Below, one piece after another: positions 1-18,417 of a DNA stretch of 64,000 nucleotides. How positions within the stretch are numbered: position 1 is the first letter of the stretch; each line of letters begins with the position of its first letter. The DNA comes from the human T2T-CHM13v2.0 reference genome, Homo sapiens. The notes beneath the pieces were generated by a model, which made no database searches, was not told the DNA's origin, and saw nothing but the letters and a program-made list of their open reading frames with translations. A program made the position numbers and the translations under genes. The DNA lies in the NCBI RefSeq assembly GCF_009914755.1, contig NC_060934.1; one strand, given 5' to 3'.

Positions 1-264
1 TCCAATACTCAACCTGAGTAATGGCAGGTTAAGAAGAACATTTAATAGACTGGCTAGGAGGAAAGACAATATAGTCTAGCTTACATTTCCAGCCTTGTCT
101 TCCACTTTGGTCCTGTATTAAGCCTTAAGTTCTATTGAACCAGGATAACTCTATCCATGCCCTTAAATGTGCTTTCCATGGTTTTGCTTCATGTCTTCTT
201 GCTCATTGGAAAACACTTCTGCCTTTCTTCAAATCTTCCTGATCATCCCAATCAGGAAAATGTG

Positions 265-430
265 GAATGGTGAAAATACTGGATCAGGAGTCAGAAGACC
301 TATTTCTGTCACTTTACTTGCTTTTAGACTTGGGACCATTACTTGAGTTTTCTATAACTTTATATATTTTAAGTAAAGAAATAATCCTGTGTCTGCCTTT
401 CTCAAGATAGCTAATATGAAAAAATAGTTT
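265..430 (+). mobile_element. MIR fragment
   Basis: caggagtcagaagacct...acttgggaccattacttgag resembles the MIR core; boundaries approximate. Confidence 0.55.
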
Positions 431-772
431 GAAAGATGGTAAACTGCTGGTATATAGTATATTTAGTATTTAAGTATTGCATGACCTCCTGAACTCTGAT
501 AATACTTTGAGCCTTTCTAATGGAATCTTGCCATCTCTTACTTGTAGAGACAGTTAATACACATTTCTTAAAAGTAGAGACCACAATGTAAATCTTTTTC
601 TTGCATAGTTTCTGTCATTGTACATGTCATGTTAACAGATTCTGAGTAAAGACTGATGAAAGAATTGCAATTCTACCTATTAGTCTTTATTTTTGTTTCA
701 CTAATTCCAAACATTTTATACTATATCAAATTTATCAACCCCCTCCCCCTTTTTTTTAAATCTCCAATTTAG

Positions 773-925
773 GTGATGTCTTTCCAGTGCAAATGAATCC
801 AATAACTCAATCTCAGTTCGTACCTTTGGGTGAAGTTCTTTGCTGTGCTATATCTGATATGAATACAGCTCAGATTGTAGTAACGCAGGAATCACTTTTG
901 GAGCGTTTGATGAAACATCACCCAG
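773..925 (+). CDS. STOX1: STOX1 (storkhead box 1) coding exon 2, first part of the winged-helix domain
   Basis: Pyrimidine tract plus AG at 771-772, GT donor at 926; translates (G)[50 protein letters not shown], recognised as STOX1; 153 nt, phase 1/1. Confidence 0.96.
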
Positions 926-1315
926 GTAGAGTAATAAATTTTTGTCTATTTGTACTTCACTGTATGTGTTTGGTTTCTATTTATAATTAGTCTTAAGCAC
1001 ATAAACTGGGTGATATCCTTTTTTCCCCTCTTCTATAGAACTTTATATCAGAACCCTGCCAGAAGAAGTCCTGCATCAACAAATTTGATAAGGGTATTTC
1101 TTTTACTTTTCAGATAAACTTTTCCAAAAATAAATGCTTATGGCAATAAATAAATAAATAAATCACACTCTGTGGAAAGGAGTGCAAAATGAGAAAGTAA
1201 AGTTTATTTCCCCTCATCTCCTATTTTTTCATTCTCACTTCCCAGAGGTAATAACTGCTATTATCATTTCTTATATATGATAATATAATAAATTTTTCAT
1301 AACATAAATTGGATC

Positions 1316-1610
1316 TTTTTTTTTTTTTTTGAGACAGAATCTTGCTCTGTCACCCAGGCTAGAGTGCAGTGGCACCATCTCGGCTCACTGCAACTTCCGC
1401 CTCCCCGGGTTCAAGCGATTCTTCTGCCTCAGCCTCCTCAGTAGCTGGGATTACAGGCGCCTGCCAGCATGCCCAGATAATTTTTGTATTTTTAGTAGAG
1501 ATGGGGTTTCACCATGTTGGTTAGGCTGGTCTCGAACTCCTGACCTCATGATCCACCCGCCTTGGCCCCCCGAAGTGTTGGGATTACAGGCAAGGGCCAC
1601 CATGCCCGGC
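1316..1610 (-). mobile_element. Full-length AluS
   Basis: Antisense Alu with poly-T; TSD ataaattggatc at 1304-1315 and 1611-1622. Confidence 0.92.
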
Positions 1611-1724
1611 ATAAATTGGATCATTCTATACATTCCCTCAACACGTTTCTCTTATTAACTTAAAAACACATCTCGGAGATCTTTCCATGCTAACATATAT
1701 TGATATGTCTCATTCTTTATTTTA

Positions 1725-2935
<1,211 letters not shown>

Positions 2936-3072
2936 CATTTTAATCACATGTATTATGTTACAATCAGCTCTGGGTTTATCAAGCCAATGTGTAGTCATTT
3001 CAGAGTTACTGATTTCACTCATTAAAATTTTTCTTATTCAAAATCTATCTGTAAAATGCTTGTCTGTTTTAG

Positions 3073-5431
3073 GCATTGCAATTCCATCGGAAGATATTCT
3101 TTATACCACTCTGGGAACGCTGATTAAAGAAAGGAAGATTTATCACACTGGAGAAGGATACTTCATAGTTACTCCTCAGACTTACTTCATTACAAATACA
3201 ACCACCCAGGAAAATAAGAGAATGCTGCCATCAGATGAAAGTCGCCTGATGCCAGCTTCCATGACATATCTGGTGAGCATGGAGAGCTGTGCAGAGTCAG
3301 CCCAAGAGAATGCTGCCCCCATATCCCACTGTCAGTCTTGCCAGTGTTTCCGGGACATGCACACTCAGGATGTTCAGGAAGCACCAGTTGCTGCAGAAGT
3401 GACTAGGAAGAGTCACAGAGGTCTTGGGGAATCCGTATCTTGGGTACAGAATGGGGCAGTTTCAGTGTCTGCGGAGCACCACATTTGTGAGAGCACCAAA
3501 CCTTTACCATACACAAGAGATAAAGAAAAAGGCAAGAAGTTTGGTTTTAGTCTCTTATGGCGCAGCTTATCTAGAAAGGAGAAGCCCAAAACAGAACACA
3601 GCAGTTTCTCTGCTCAGTTCCCACCTGAAGAATGGCCCGTCCGAGATGAAGATGACTTGGACAATATCCCTCGAGATGTTGAACATGAGATAATCAAACG
3701 AATTAACCCCATTTTGACTGTTGACAATTTAATCAAACACACTGTCCTAATGCAAAAATACGAAGAACAGAAAAAATATAATAGCCAGGGCACTTCCACT
3801 GACATGCTGACAATCGGGCATAAGTATCCTTCAAAAGAGGGGGTTAAGAAAAGGCAGGGTCTGTCTGCAAAACCTCAAGGGCAGGGCCATTCTCGAAGGG
3901 ATAGACACAAAGCCAGGAATCAGGGAAGTGAGTTTCAGCCAGGAAGCATTAGACTGGAGAAACACCCCAAGCTCCCTGCTACACAGCCCATCCCCAGAAT
4001 TAAAAGCCCAAATGAAATGGTAGGTCAGAAACCACTTGGTGAGATTACAACAGTGCTAGGTTCCCATTTGATTTACAAAAAGCGAATCAGTAATCCTTTC
4101 CAGGGTTTGTCTCACCGAGGAAGCACAATATCCAAAGGGCACAAAATTCAGAAGACGAGTGATCTGAAACCCAGCCAGACTGGACCAAAGGAAAAGCCTT
4201 TCCAAAAGCCTAGGTCCTTGGATTCCTCAAGAATCTTTGATGGTAAAGCCAAAGAGCCATATGCTGAACAACCTAATGATAAAATGGAAGCAGAATCCAT
4301 TTACATAAATGACCCTACTGTCAAACCCATCAATGATGACTTCAGAGGTCACCTCTTCAGTCACCCTCAACAGAGCATGTTGCAAAATGATGGTAAATGC
4401 TGTCCCTTTATGGAAAGCATGTTGAGATATGAAGTGTATGGTGGAGAAAATGAGGTAATTCCTGAAGTCTTGAGGAAAAGTCATTCCCACTTTGACAAAT
4501 TAGGGGAGACCAAACAGACTCCGCATAGTCTGCCATCACGAGGTGCCTCCTTTTCAGACCGAACACCCTCTGCTTGTAGATTAGTGGATAACACAATACA
4601 CCAGTTTCAAAATCTTGGCCTTTTGGATTACCCAGTTGGCGTGAACCCTTTAAGACAAGCTGCAAGACAAGACAAAGACTCAGAAGAATTATTGAGAAAA
4701 GGATTTGTCCAGGATGCAGAGACTACAAGCCTAGAAAATGAACAGCTTTCTAACGATGACCAGGCCTTGTATCAGAATGAAGTGGAAGATGATGATGGTG
4801 CCTGTAGTTCATTATATCTAGAGGAGGATGACATTTCTGAGAATGACGACTTACGTCAAATGCTGCCTGGCCACAGTCAGTATTCCTTCACAGGTGGAAG
4901 CCAGGGAAATCATTTAGGAAAACAAAAAGTGATTGAGAGATCTCTGACCGAGTACAACAGCACAATGGAGAGGGTTGAGTCTCAGGTGCTTAAAAGAAAT
5001 GAATGCTACAAACCCACTGGGCTGCATGCTACCCCAGGTGAAAGCCAAGAACCTAACCTCTCTGCTGAAAGTTGTGGCCTAAATTCAGGGGCCCAGTTTG
5101 GTTTTAACTACGAAGAAGAACCCAGTGTTGCTAAATGTGTACAGGCCTCAGCACCTGCTGATGAAAGAATCTTTGATTACTATAGCGCAAGAAAAGCCAG
5201 TTTTGAAGCTGAAGTCATACAAGACACTATTGGTGACACAGGAAAGAAGCCAGCTAGCTGGAGTCAGAGTCCTCAGAATCAGGAAATGAGAAAACATTTC
5301 CCACAAAAGTTCCAACTTTTCAACACTTCACATATGCCAGTGTTGGCTCAGGATGTCCAATATGAACACAGTCACTTGGAAGGGACAGAAAATCACAGCA
5401 TGGCAGGAGATAGTGGAATAGATTCTCCACG
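3073..5431 (+). CDS. STOX1: STOX1 coding exon 3 (2359-nt internal exon)
   Basis: tttag acceptor ending 3072, CG|gtaggt donor at 5432; open frame [31 protein letters not shown]...GDSGIDSPR inside ORF 2955..5435, in phase with exon 2. Confidence 0.97.
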
Positions 5432-5459
5432 GTAGGTCCATACAAAAGTGTCTGATTTA

Positions 5460-5764
<305 letters not shown>

Positions 5765-6114
5765 TTAGCCACTGTTCTACAGGAATTATGAAAATCAAGG
5801 GTATTTTGTTAACTAGTCAGAGACTACTATCACACTTCTATAATGATACAATTCTGCCAGCTTTTATACCTTTACTGAATAAATTGTATAAAGTTACAAT
5901 GAAATCTCTTATATAGTAGGATACAGTTTATTTTTAATGTGAACCAAATTTGACTGTCCCCACTACTCATAAATCTTCAATTATTTCTAAAAATAGAAAT
6001 TTCTGTAAGCCAAGCACTTTCTGAACTGAGGGTTGGAAGTTTTCACTTCTATTCCTGGCTCTACACAGGTTGAGAAAGGGATGTGGCTACTATCCACTAA
6101 TATTTTATTTTTGA

Positions 6115-6625
<511 letters not shown>

Positions 6626-6872
6626 TGAACTCCTGACCTCAAGTGATCCGCCCTCCTCAGCCTCCCAAAGTGCTGCAATTACAGGCGTGAGCTGCCATGC
6701 CCGGCCTCCACTAATGTTTTCCATGCCAATTTGTTTAAATGTTGTTTGGATTATAAAAATAGTATAGCCATGATAGAACACTTAAGTACTGAAAAGTATT
6801 TTTTTTTCTTTTAAAATAGCTAACAATCTTACTGGTTGAAAAATATTTTTTAAAACACCTATACTTATTCTA

Positions 6873-6924
6873 ACACACACACACGCGCGCACACACGCAC
6901 ACACACGCGCACACACACATATAT
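6873..6924. repeat. (CA)n/(CG)n compound microsatellite
   Basis: acacacacacacgcgcgcacacacgcacacacacgcgcacacacacatatat. Confidence 0.9.
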
Positions 6925-6931
6925 GTTTTGA

Positions 6932-7072
<141 letters not shown>

Positions 7073-7079
7073 TGACTAA

Positions 7080-7220
<141 letters not shown>

Positions 7221-7611
7221 TAGATATTTTTTAAAAATCATTTTATATTTGGTTTGTTTCTGTATAACACTTCAGTCCAAATGTATAGATCTATAGATTT
7301 TGTCTACTGGGCTCGTACTGAGTTACTATTTTGCATGTTGCTTTTTAAAATTAATAGCCTATCATATGAACATTTTCCCTATGTTATTTAATAGTTTCTC
7401 AAAGGTCATTCTAAAATTTGGTTCATATCTTTGCCAGTATTTTTTTTTTTTTTTTTTTGCTTTGAGACAGTGATTGACTCTGTCACCCAGGCTGGAGTGC
7501 AGTGGTACAATCACAGCTCACTGCAGCTTCAACCTCCCTGGGCTCAAGTGATCCTCCTACCTTAGTCTCCCATGTACCTGGGACTACAGGCATATGTCAC
7601 TATGCCCAGCT

Positions 7612-7649
<38 letters not shown>

Positions 7650-8110
7650 GAGAGATGGGGTTTCACCATGTTGCTCAGGCTGGTTGGTCTCAAACTCCTG
7701 GGCTCAAGCAATTCAGCCTCCCAAACGGCTGGGATTGCAGGTGTGAGCCACTGAGCGTGCCTGGCCCTACACTTTTTTCTATGCATTTGTAAGTTGCTCT
7801 GTTGTTTTTTCTTTGAGACAGGGTTGCAGTCTGTCACCAGCTGGAGTGCAATGACACAATCATAGCTCACTGCAGCCTAGGCCTCCTCGGCTCAAGCCAT
7901 CCCCCAACCTCAGCTTCTGGAGTAGCTTGGATTATAGGCACATGCTACTATACCCAGCTAATTTTTTGTAGAGATGAGGTTTTACAGTGTTACCAGTCTG
8001 GTCTCGAACTCCTGGGCTCAAGGGATTCTCCCGCTTCAGTCTCCCAAAGTGCTGGGATTACAGGCATGACCCACCGCACTGGCCATCAGGCTAATTAAAA
8101 AGTTTTTTTG

Positions 8111-8145
8111 ATCACTTCTCGGCCTTTTGGCTAAGATCAAGTGTA
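8111..8145 (+). pseudogene. 3'-truncated U2 snRNA retropseudogene (U2 nt 1-35)
   Basis: atcacttctcggccttttggctaagatcaagtgta matches the U2 5' end ATCGCTTCTCGGCCTTTTGGCTAAGATCAAGTGTA with 1 mismatch; direct repeats at 8097-8110 and 8145-8158. Confidence 0.92.
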
Positions 8146-8404
8146 AAACGTTTTTTTGTGGAGACAATATATTGCTATGTTGCCCAGGCTGGCCTTGAAC
8201 TGGATTCAACCATCCTCTTGCCTTGGCCTCCCAGTTGTGGGATTGCAGGCATGAGCCCTGTACCAGGGCTTAATAAAAGTATTTTTAACAACAAATCATA
8301 CAGAGCCATGGCTTTCTTTTTTCATGTAACTTATGTATATCCTGTTATTGATAAATGTAGCTTAAGCTTGGTGTTTGTTTGCTTATTTGTTTTTTGAGAT
8401 GTAG

Positions 8405-8596
<192 letters not shown>

Positions 8597-9393
8597 TGAA
8601 CTCCTGCCTCAGGTGATCCACTCGTCTCAGCCTCCAAAGTGCTGGGATTACAGGCATGAGCCACTGCGCCTGGCCTCAAGCCTTTTTTTTTCCTTGCCTC
8701 AGCCTCCTGAGTGGCTGGGACTACATGCGTGAGCCACCATGCCCAGCTATTTTGTGTGTGTGTGTGTGTATTTTTTTTTTTTAACAGAGATGAGGTTTCA
8801 CCATGTTGGCCAGGCTGGTCTCGAACTCCTGGCCTCAAGTGATCTGCCCACCTTGGCCTCCCTGGTCTCAAGTGATCCACCCACCTTGGCTGGGATTACA
8901 GGCGTGAGCCACAAGCTTGTTCTTTTTAATGGCTGTTTAGCATTCTGTTATGTGGACTATATATATATGTAACTATTATTTTCCTTTTTTTTTTTAAGAG
9001 ACAAGGTCTCACACTGTTGCCCAGGATAGAGTACAGTGGTTCAGTCAGGGCTCACTATAGCCTTGGCCTCCTGGTCTCAAGCAAATCAGCCTCCTGTGTA
9101 GCTGGGACCACAGGCTTGCACCACCACACCCAGCTGCTGCTGCTTATTATTATTTTGTTAAGAATGAGGTCTCACTATGTTGTCCAGGCTGGTCTCAAAC
9201 TCCTGGGCTCAAACAGTTCTCCCATCTTGGTCTCTCAAAGTGCTAGGGTTGTAGGCATGAGCCACTGTGCCCAGCCTATTTTCCTTTCTTTGACATTTAG
9301 ATCATTCCCAATTTTTTGCTATTAACAAATCAATCTGCAGTGAGTTATTTTTACATAAAAATGTTTGTGGGCATTTCTGAGTTTTTTTCTTAG

Positions 9394-9592
<199 letters not shown>

Positions 9593-10335
9593 TAGCTGGG
9601 ATTACAGGCACACGCCACCACGCCCAGCTAATTTTTGTATTTTTAGTAGAGGTGAGGTTTTCACCATGTTGGCCAGGCTGGTCTCAAACTCCTGACCTCA
9701 AGTGATCTACCTGCCTTAGCCTCCCAAAGTGCTGGGATTACAGGTGTGAGCCCCCATGCCCAGCTATTAAGTATTTAAGATAATCAAAACATGTCTTCAA
9801 ATGTGAACAATGGTGGTGTAAACCAAAAAGCCATGGGTTCCTTTTCTTTCTCTGTGGCAAAAACAAAACAAAAACAGATGAGAGACATTACTCCTTGATA
9901 GGTGACTAGGAATTTTGATTTGCAAAATTTTGAGAAATTTAATTTCTTAAGGATTGCTTATTTTTAAGCAATATGCTTTCCTGAAAGGCTAGCTATAATT
10001 GACAGGCATTTAGAGGAAAGGGAAAGGAAAGTAACATTTGAACATCAACTGTGTGCCATGATGGTTATAAGGATTAGGGGGATAGAGATGAACAAGACAT
10101 TGTTTCTACTTACAGGAAGTATACAATTTAGTTGGGGAGACAAACAATAAACATAGGCAAGTTGAACTTAAGAACAAAGCATGAGACTTTAACAGTCAAA
10201 GAGTGATGGAATTGAGTGATGGGCTGTTTAGAGAAAGACTTATTAGACGAAATATGTTTGAGATATATTTTAATGTAATGGACAGTTGATGGAGAGTAGC
10301 AAAGTGGGAAAAGGGAATGTCGAAAAGCAAAAATA

Positions 10336-10912
<577 letters not shown>

Positions 10913-11402
10913 AGCCTACCAAACAGTATTGTGAGTTAGCTGAAGCAAGGCATATGTGTTAGATAATGGGCTAATATAGCTTGTTCCTTCTAGAAAAGAA
11001 CATTGTAATATTAAAAATATAATAATTTGCTTTTCTCTTCCATATGATTTCTCATAAAAGTAATAAATTTCACAGGAAGATATTGGCCACTTCAGATATA
11101 TGGAAGTTTTTCGGGGAACTTACTGTTTCTGACTAGAACATACTTGATACTAGATCTGAGAAGAGATGTTTTTCAGAAAATATAAACTTCTGTGAAGGCA
11201 GCTGTCAAATAATTGAGATGCTATTGTGAAGCCTTTAAAATGTAAAGAGCACTTTGGATTTTTAAAGGTTAACTTATTTGATAAGTGTACCTTTGTATTA
11301 GTAAATGTACTACTTCAAAGTAGCAAATGGAAGTATAATGCCTTGGTTAGAAATTCAAGTTCCCTTCGAAGCCAATAATTCTGTTATTTTTAATATCTTT
11401 AG

Positions 11403-11550
11403 GACACAGAGTCTGGGATCTAATAATTCAGTCATTTTGGATGGACTAAAAAGAAGACAGAATTTTCTGCAAAATGTCGAAGGCACAAAGAGCAGTCAAC
11501 CACTCACATCTAATTCCTTACTACCGCTAACTCCAGTCATAAACGTTTAA
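11403..11550 (+). CDS. STOX1: STOX1 exon 4, C-terminus of the long isoform (RTQSLGSNN...LTPVINV*)
   Basis: tctttag acceptor ending 11402, phase 2 joins exon 3, TAA at 11548-11550; lengths sum to 989 aa if exon 1 contributes 310 coding nt (recalled, not visible here). Confidence 0.95.
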
Positions 11551-11784
11551 TTTTCTTTTGGAAACCTACTTTTTTCTTTATAAAAAGGTAGAGCATTATT
11601 ACAGAATCTTTCAATCATGTAAGAATTGAGTATATAAGAATTGTCTAAAGGCAAGCATATCTATACTATTAACCACATTACACATTTTGTTCTAATTACT
11701 GGCTTTTTTTCCTCTTTTGGTGTCTTAAGGCTTTTTGAAGCTTATTTTACTGTGAGTTTATTGGGAGTATATAGATTATTTTCG

Positions 11785-11790
11785 ATTAAA
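11785..11790 (+). terminator. STOX1: Candidate STOX1 polyadenylation signal (ATTAAA)
   Basis: ATTAAA about 235 nt after the stop codon in an AT-rich 3' UTR. Confidence 0.45.
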
Positions 11791-12163
11791 AAGTGGAATT
11801 ATTGGTCCCCTTCCAATTGTAATTATCTTGAATTTTTATACATTAGTTTCTCAAATATATAGAATGCCAATTTACTTCCTGTAGTGAATTTTTTTTTAAC
11901 CTACACTAATATTGAGTTCTAAGTTAAGTGGATCTCACCAGATTTCAACACAAAATCAGAAAACAGTGTGTGTTGAAGCAGTGTCTGTTGCAAGAAAACA
12001 GTGTCTGCTGCAAGATATCTATGCAACCCTAGGTCTTTATCATTACCAAGAAAGAGTTTACATAAATGTGTTGGCTACTCTGCAACAAGAATTCCTTTAA
12101 TCATTGCTGCCCAGGGGCTTCTCTTTGACCAGCTTGGACATGAACAAATGGTTCCCAATGTGA

Positions 12164-12530
<367 letters not shown>

Positions 12531-12748
12531 CAGGCCTTCTTTATAGATGGCAGTGAGAAGTCAGATGGTGGAGATAGAATGTGGAGATAGAAGGGAAGCA
12601 GAATGGTTACCGAATGGCTTGGGAGTAAAAGGGAGGTTCTGAATGAGAGGTTTAGAGAAAGGTGGAAGGAGTCTGGTAGACATTTAGCAATTCATCTGCA
12701 TTTTGGTCCATTTCCACTCATGGTAAGACCTAGAATTTTTTCTGTTAA

Positions 12749-12997
<249 letters not shown>

Positions 12998-13688
12998 TGA
13001 GTAGCTGGGATTACAGGTGTGCACCACCACACCCAGCTAATTTTTTGTATTTTTAGTAGAGATGGGGTTTCACTATGTTGGCCAGGCTAGTCTCGAACTC
13101 CTGACCTCGTGATTCGCCTGCCTCGGCTTCCAAAGTGCTGGGATTACAGGTGTGAATGACTGAATAATTGGAGAGTGTCTCTTTCTGACTCTCACCATAC
13201 TGACAACAGTGAAGTCCAGAGAGAAGCCCGGCACTGGAGAACTTTGTGCAGTCCCTGTGGAAGTGCAAATGACATTCACTGCTCTCTTTTGCAGTGGTCA
13301 GCTCACTCACTCTTGACTATTGGCTTTCAGTGGACCCCAACTGACTGACATACCACTGCATTCTTAGAAGATTAATTGTTGTCAAAACAACAGTGTAAAC
13401 CCTGCTCTAAGTGCCAAGAGAGGTGGGTAATCTGGTATAGAAAAGACTTGTAGGGGAAGTAGAGGTGAGAGTATAGTTTTAGGGGGGTCTCACAGCATGG
13501 AATCAGCACCAGTGAATGGAAGTTAAGAGAAGTATTTTAACAACGAAAAAAAAATTTTTTTGAGACGGGGTCTCTGTCACTCAGGCTGGAGTACAGTGGC
13601 ATGATCACAGCACACTGCAGCCTCGACCTGTTGGACTGAAGTGATCCTCCCACTTTAGCCCCCCGAGTAGCTGGGACTACAGGCGTAA

Positions 13689-13862
<174 letters not shown>

Positions 13863-14055
13863 TGAAGATGAAGTAGGTAGCTTTGGAAAAGAATGAATTT
13901 CCCATTGTTTAGGGCATTCAAGCAGAAGCTTGGTGATCCCTTTACTGATATGTTGGAGGGCAATTTCCAGAATTTAGTTTAACTGGCTGGCTGAACTACA
14001 TGATTTTGAAGAATCCTTCCAACTGTAAGGTTTTTCATTTGTTCTGTTTTTTTAG

Positions 14056-14266
14056 GAGATGGGGTTTTGCCATGTTGCGCAACTAATGAAGTCCATCTAA
14101 TTTTGCCACTGGATGCATTATGACACTCTCCCTGTTTTAAAGGAATGTATTAAATGAATCAAGCTCATTATGAAACCAGTAAAATTTTCTCCTATGAAAC
14201 TCATCATATAACACAGACATTAAAGATGGGAATATGTGCGATTAAATTGTTTGGGAGATTCTACTC
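14056..14266 (+). other. STOX1: Candidate alternative terminal exon of STOX1
   Basis: Strong acceptor gttctgtttttttag ending 14055; ATTAAA at 14219 and 14241; partner donor AAG|gtagag at 11587/11588; 3' end approximate. Confidence 0.5.
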
Positions 14267-14394
14267 TAAAATAGGTGACCTGCATTTTTCTCCCTAGAAA
14301 TAACTGCTTTTTGTGGCAACTTTAGTTCTTGATTTATCTTTCCTAATGCAGTCTATTCTCTAATGAGAAATCTGTTTTTTTGAGGCAGCTTAAT

Positions 14395-14670
14395 GATCTG
14401 AGGTTAGGAGTCAGACACAAGTTTGAATTCCAATTCCAAATCCTTCGTAGCTGTGTGATGGAGCAAGTCACCAAATTCCTCTGAATTGGTTTTCTCATCT
14501 GTCAAAGGGAGATAGTAATGATGTCTCCCTTACGGGATTGTTGTGAGGCTTGGGGATGATCTATCAAAAGTGCCCAATGTAGGCCTGAGCAACCCCACTG
14601 TGGGCGCGGCTGTGGAATGGCTTTGGGTCTTGAAAAGAAAAGTGCCCAATGCAGGAGGTACCTAATATTA
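14395..14670 (+). mobile_element. MIR interrupted by a 54-nt insertion
   Basis: ggagtcagac...agctgtgtga...ttctcatctgtcaaaggg...ggattgttgtgagg MIR core; boundaries approximate. Confidence 0.7.
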
Positions 14671-15286
14671 TTATACATATATATGTATGTATGTATTTTA
14701 ATATATTTTATAGTAACAAAACTTGCTTGATAGGTAAATAAATACATGGCCCACTATACAGGTCCCCTGTTTTTGTCAGGTTGTCTGGAATTACTCCATT
14801 ACAGATTTAGTCCTTTGGGAAGGTTATAGGATGTATCTGCCATCAAAATCCAGGTATGCCATGGGGAGGTATTATGCCTTTCACTAACAAGTTTTCAGTT
14901 GATAGCTTATTTTATAAGTAGGAATAAAATATGCAAAATATGGGCTTATTGTAGACATTCATACAACATACATCCTCTCTCATCTGAGATTTCAGACTCC
15001 TAGGGATCCCTGGCATAGCTAGGTTTTTTGCAAACCATTTTCATTATTTCAAAAATCCTAATAGAAATTGTACTCAATTCCTTTGCCTTACTCTAATTCC
15101 TTGCTAGCTAAAAGATCCTTTCTTTGCAAATAGTTGAAATTACATCAGCTCAGTAATGCAACACTATCCCATGCTGGTGTGGCAGTTAAACTGCATTTGT
15201 GTCTTATTCATAGATTAGAATAATGACCATGGATCAATCATCCCTAAATACAATTTATCAGACAAAATGTTACAAAATTTCAAATC

Positions 15287-16037
<751 letters not shown>

Positions 16038-16360
16038 CAGATCTTTTTTTATGTAGTGGCGCGCACATACACACACACACACCCCAAACCAAAATGTCAA
16101 GTCTATGAGGAAGAGCAATGGAAAGAGCCTGAAGAGAAAAGATTGGGAACCATGGCATTTTGAGAACCTATCTACAGCTACTAAGGCTTTTTGGGTGTTG
16201 GGAAAACAGGCTATTGCTTAACAAGGGTGGGGAAGAGCGACATGAATGTCATGAAACAAGAATGGGGGCATCAAAGACAAATTCATCATTACTTTGCTGG
16301 TGTCTTACAGGACTTTCTTCCCTTTGAAACCTTAGTAACATTTTTTCCCCTTTGGAAAAA

Positions 16361-18417
<2,057 letters not shown>

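Noticed and set aside
2955-3072. N-terminal extension of the 826-aa ORF
   Set aside because: It is intronic sequence upstream of the 3072 acceptor; the STOX1 frame enters from exon 2.
11958-12015. About three degenerate cagtgtctgttgcaaga repeats, superficially array-like
   Set aside because: A short slippage repeat without unique spacers in a eukaryotic context; not CRISPR.
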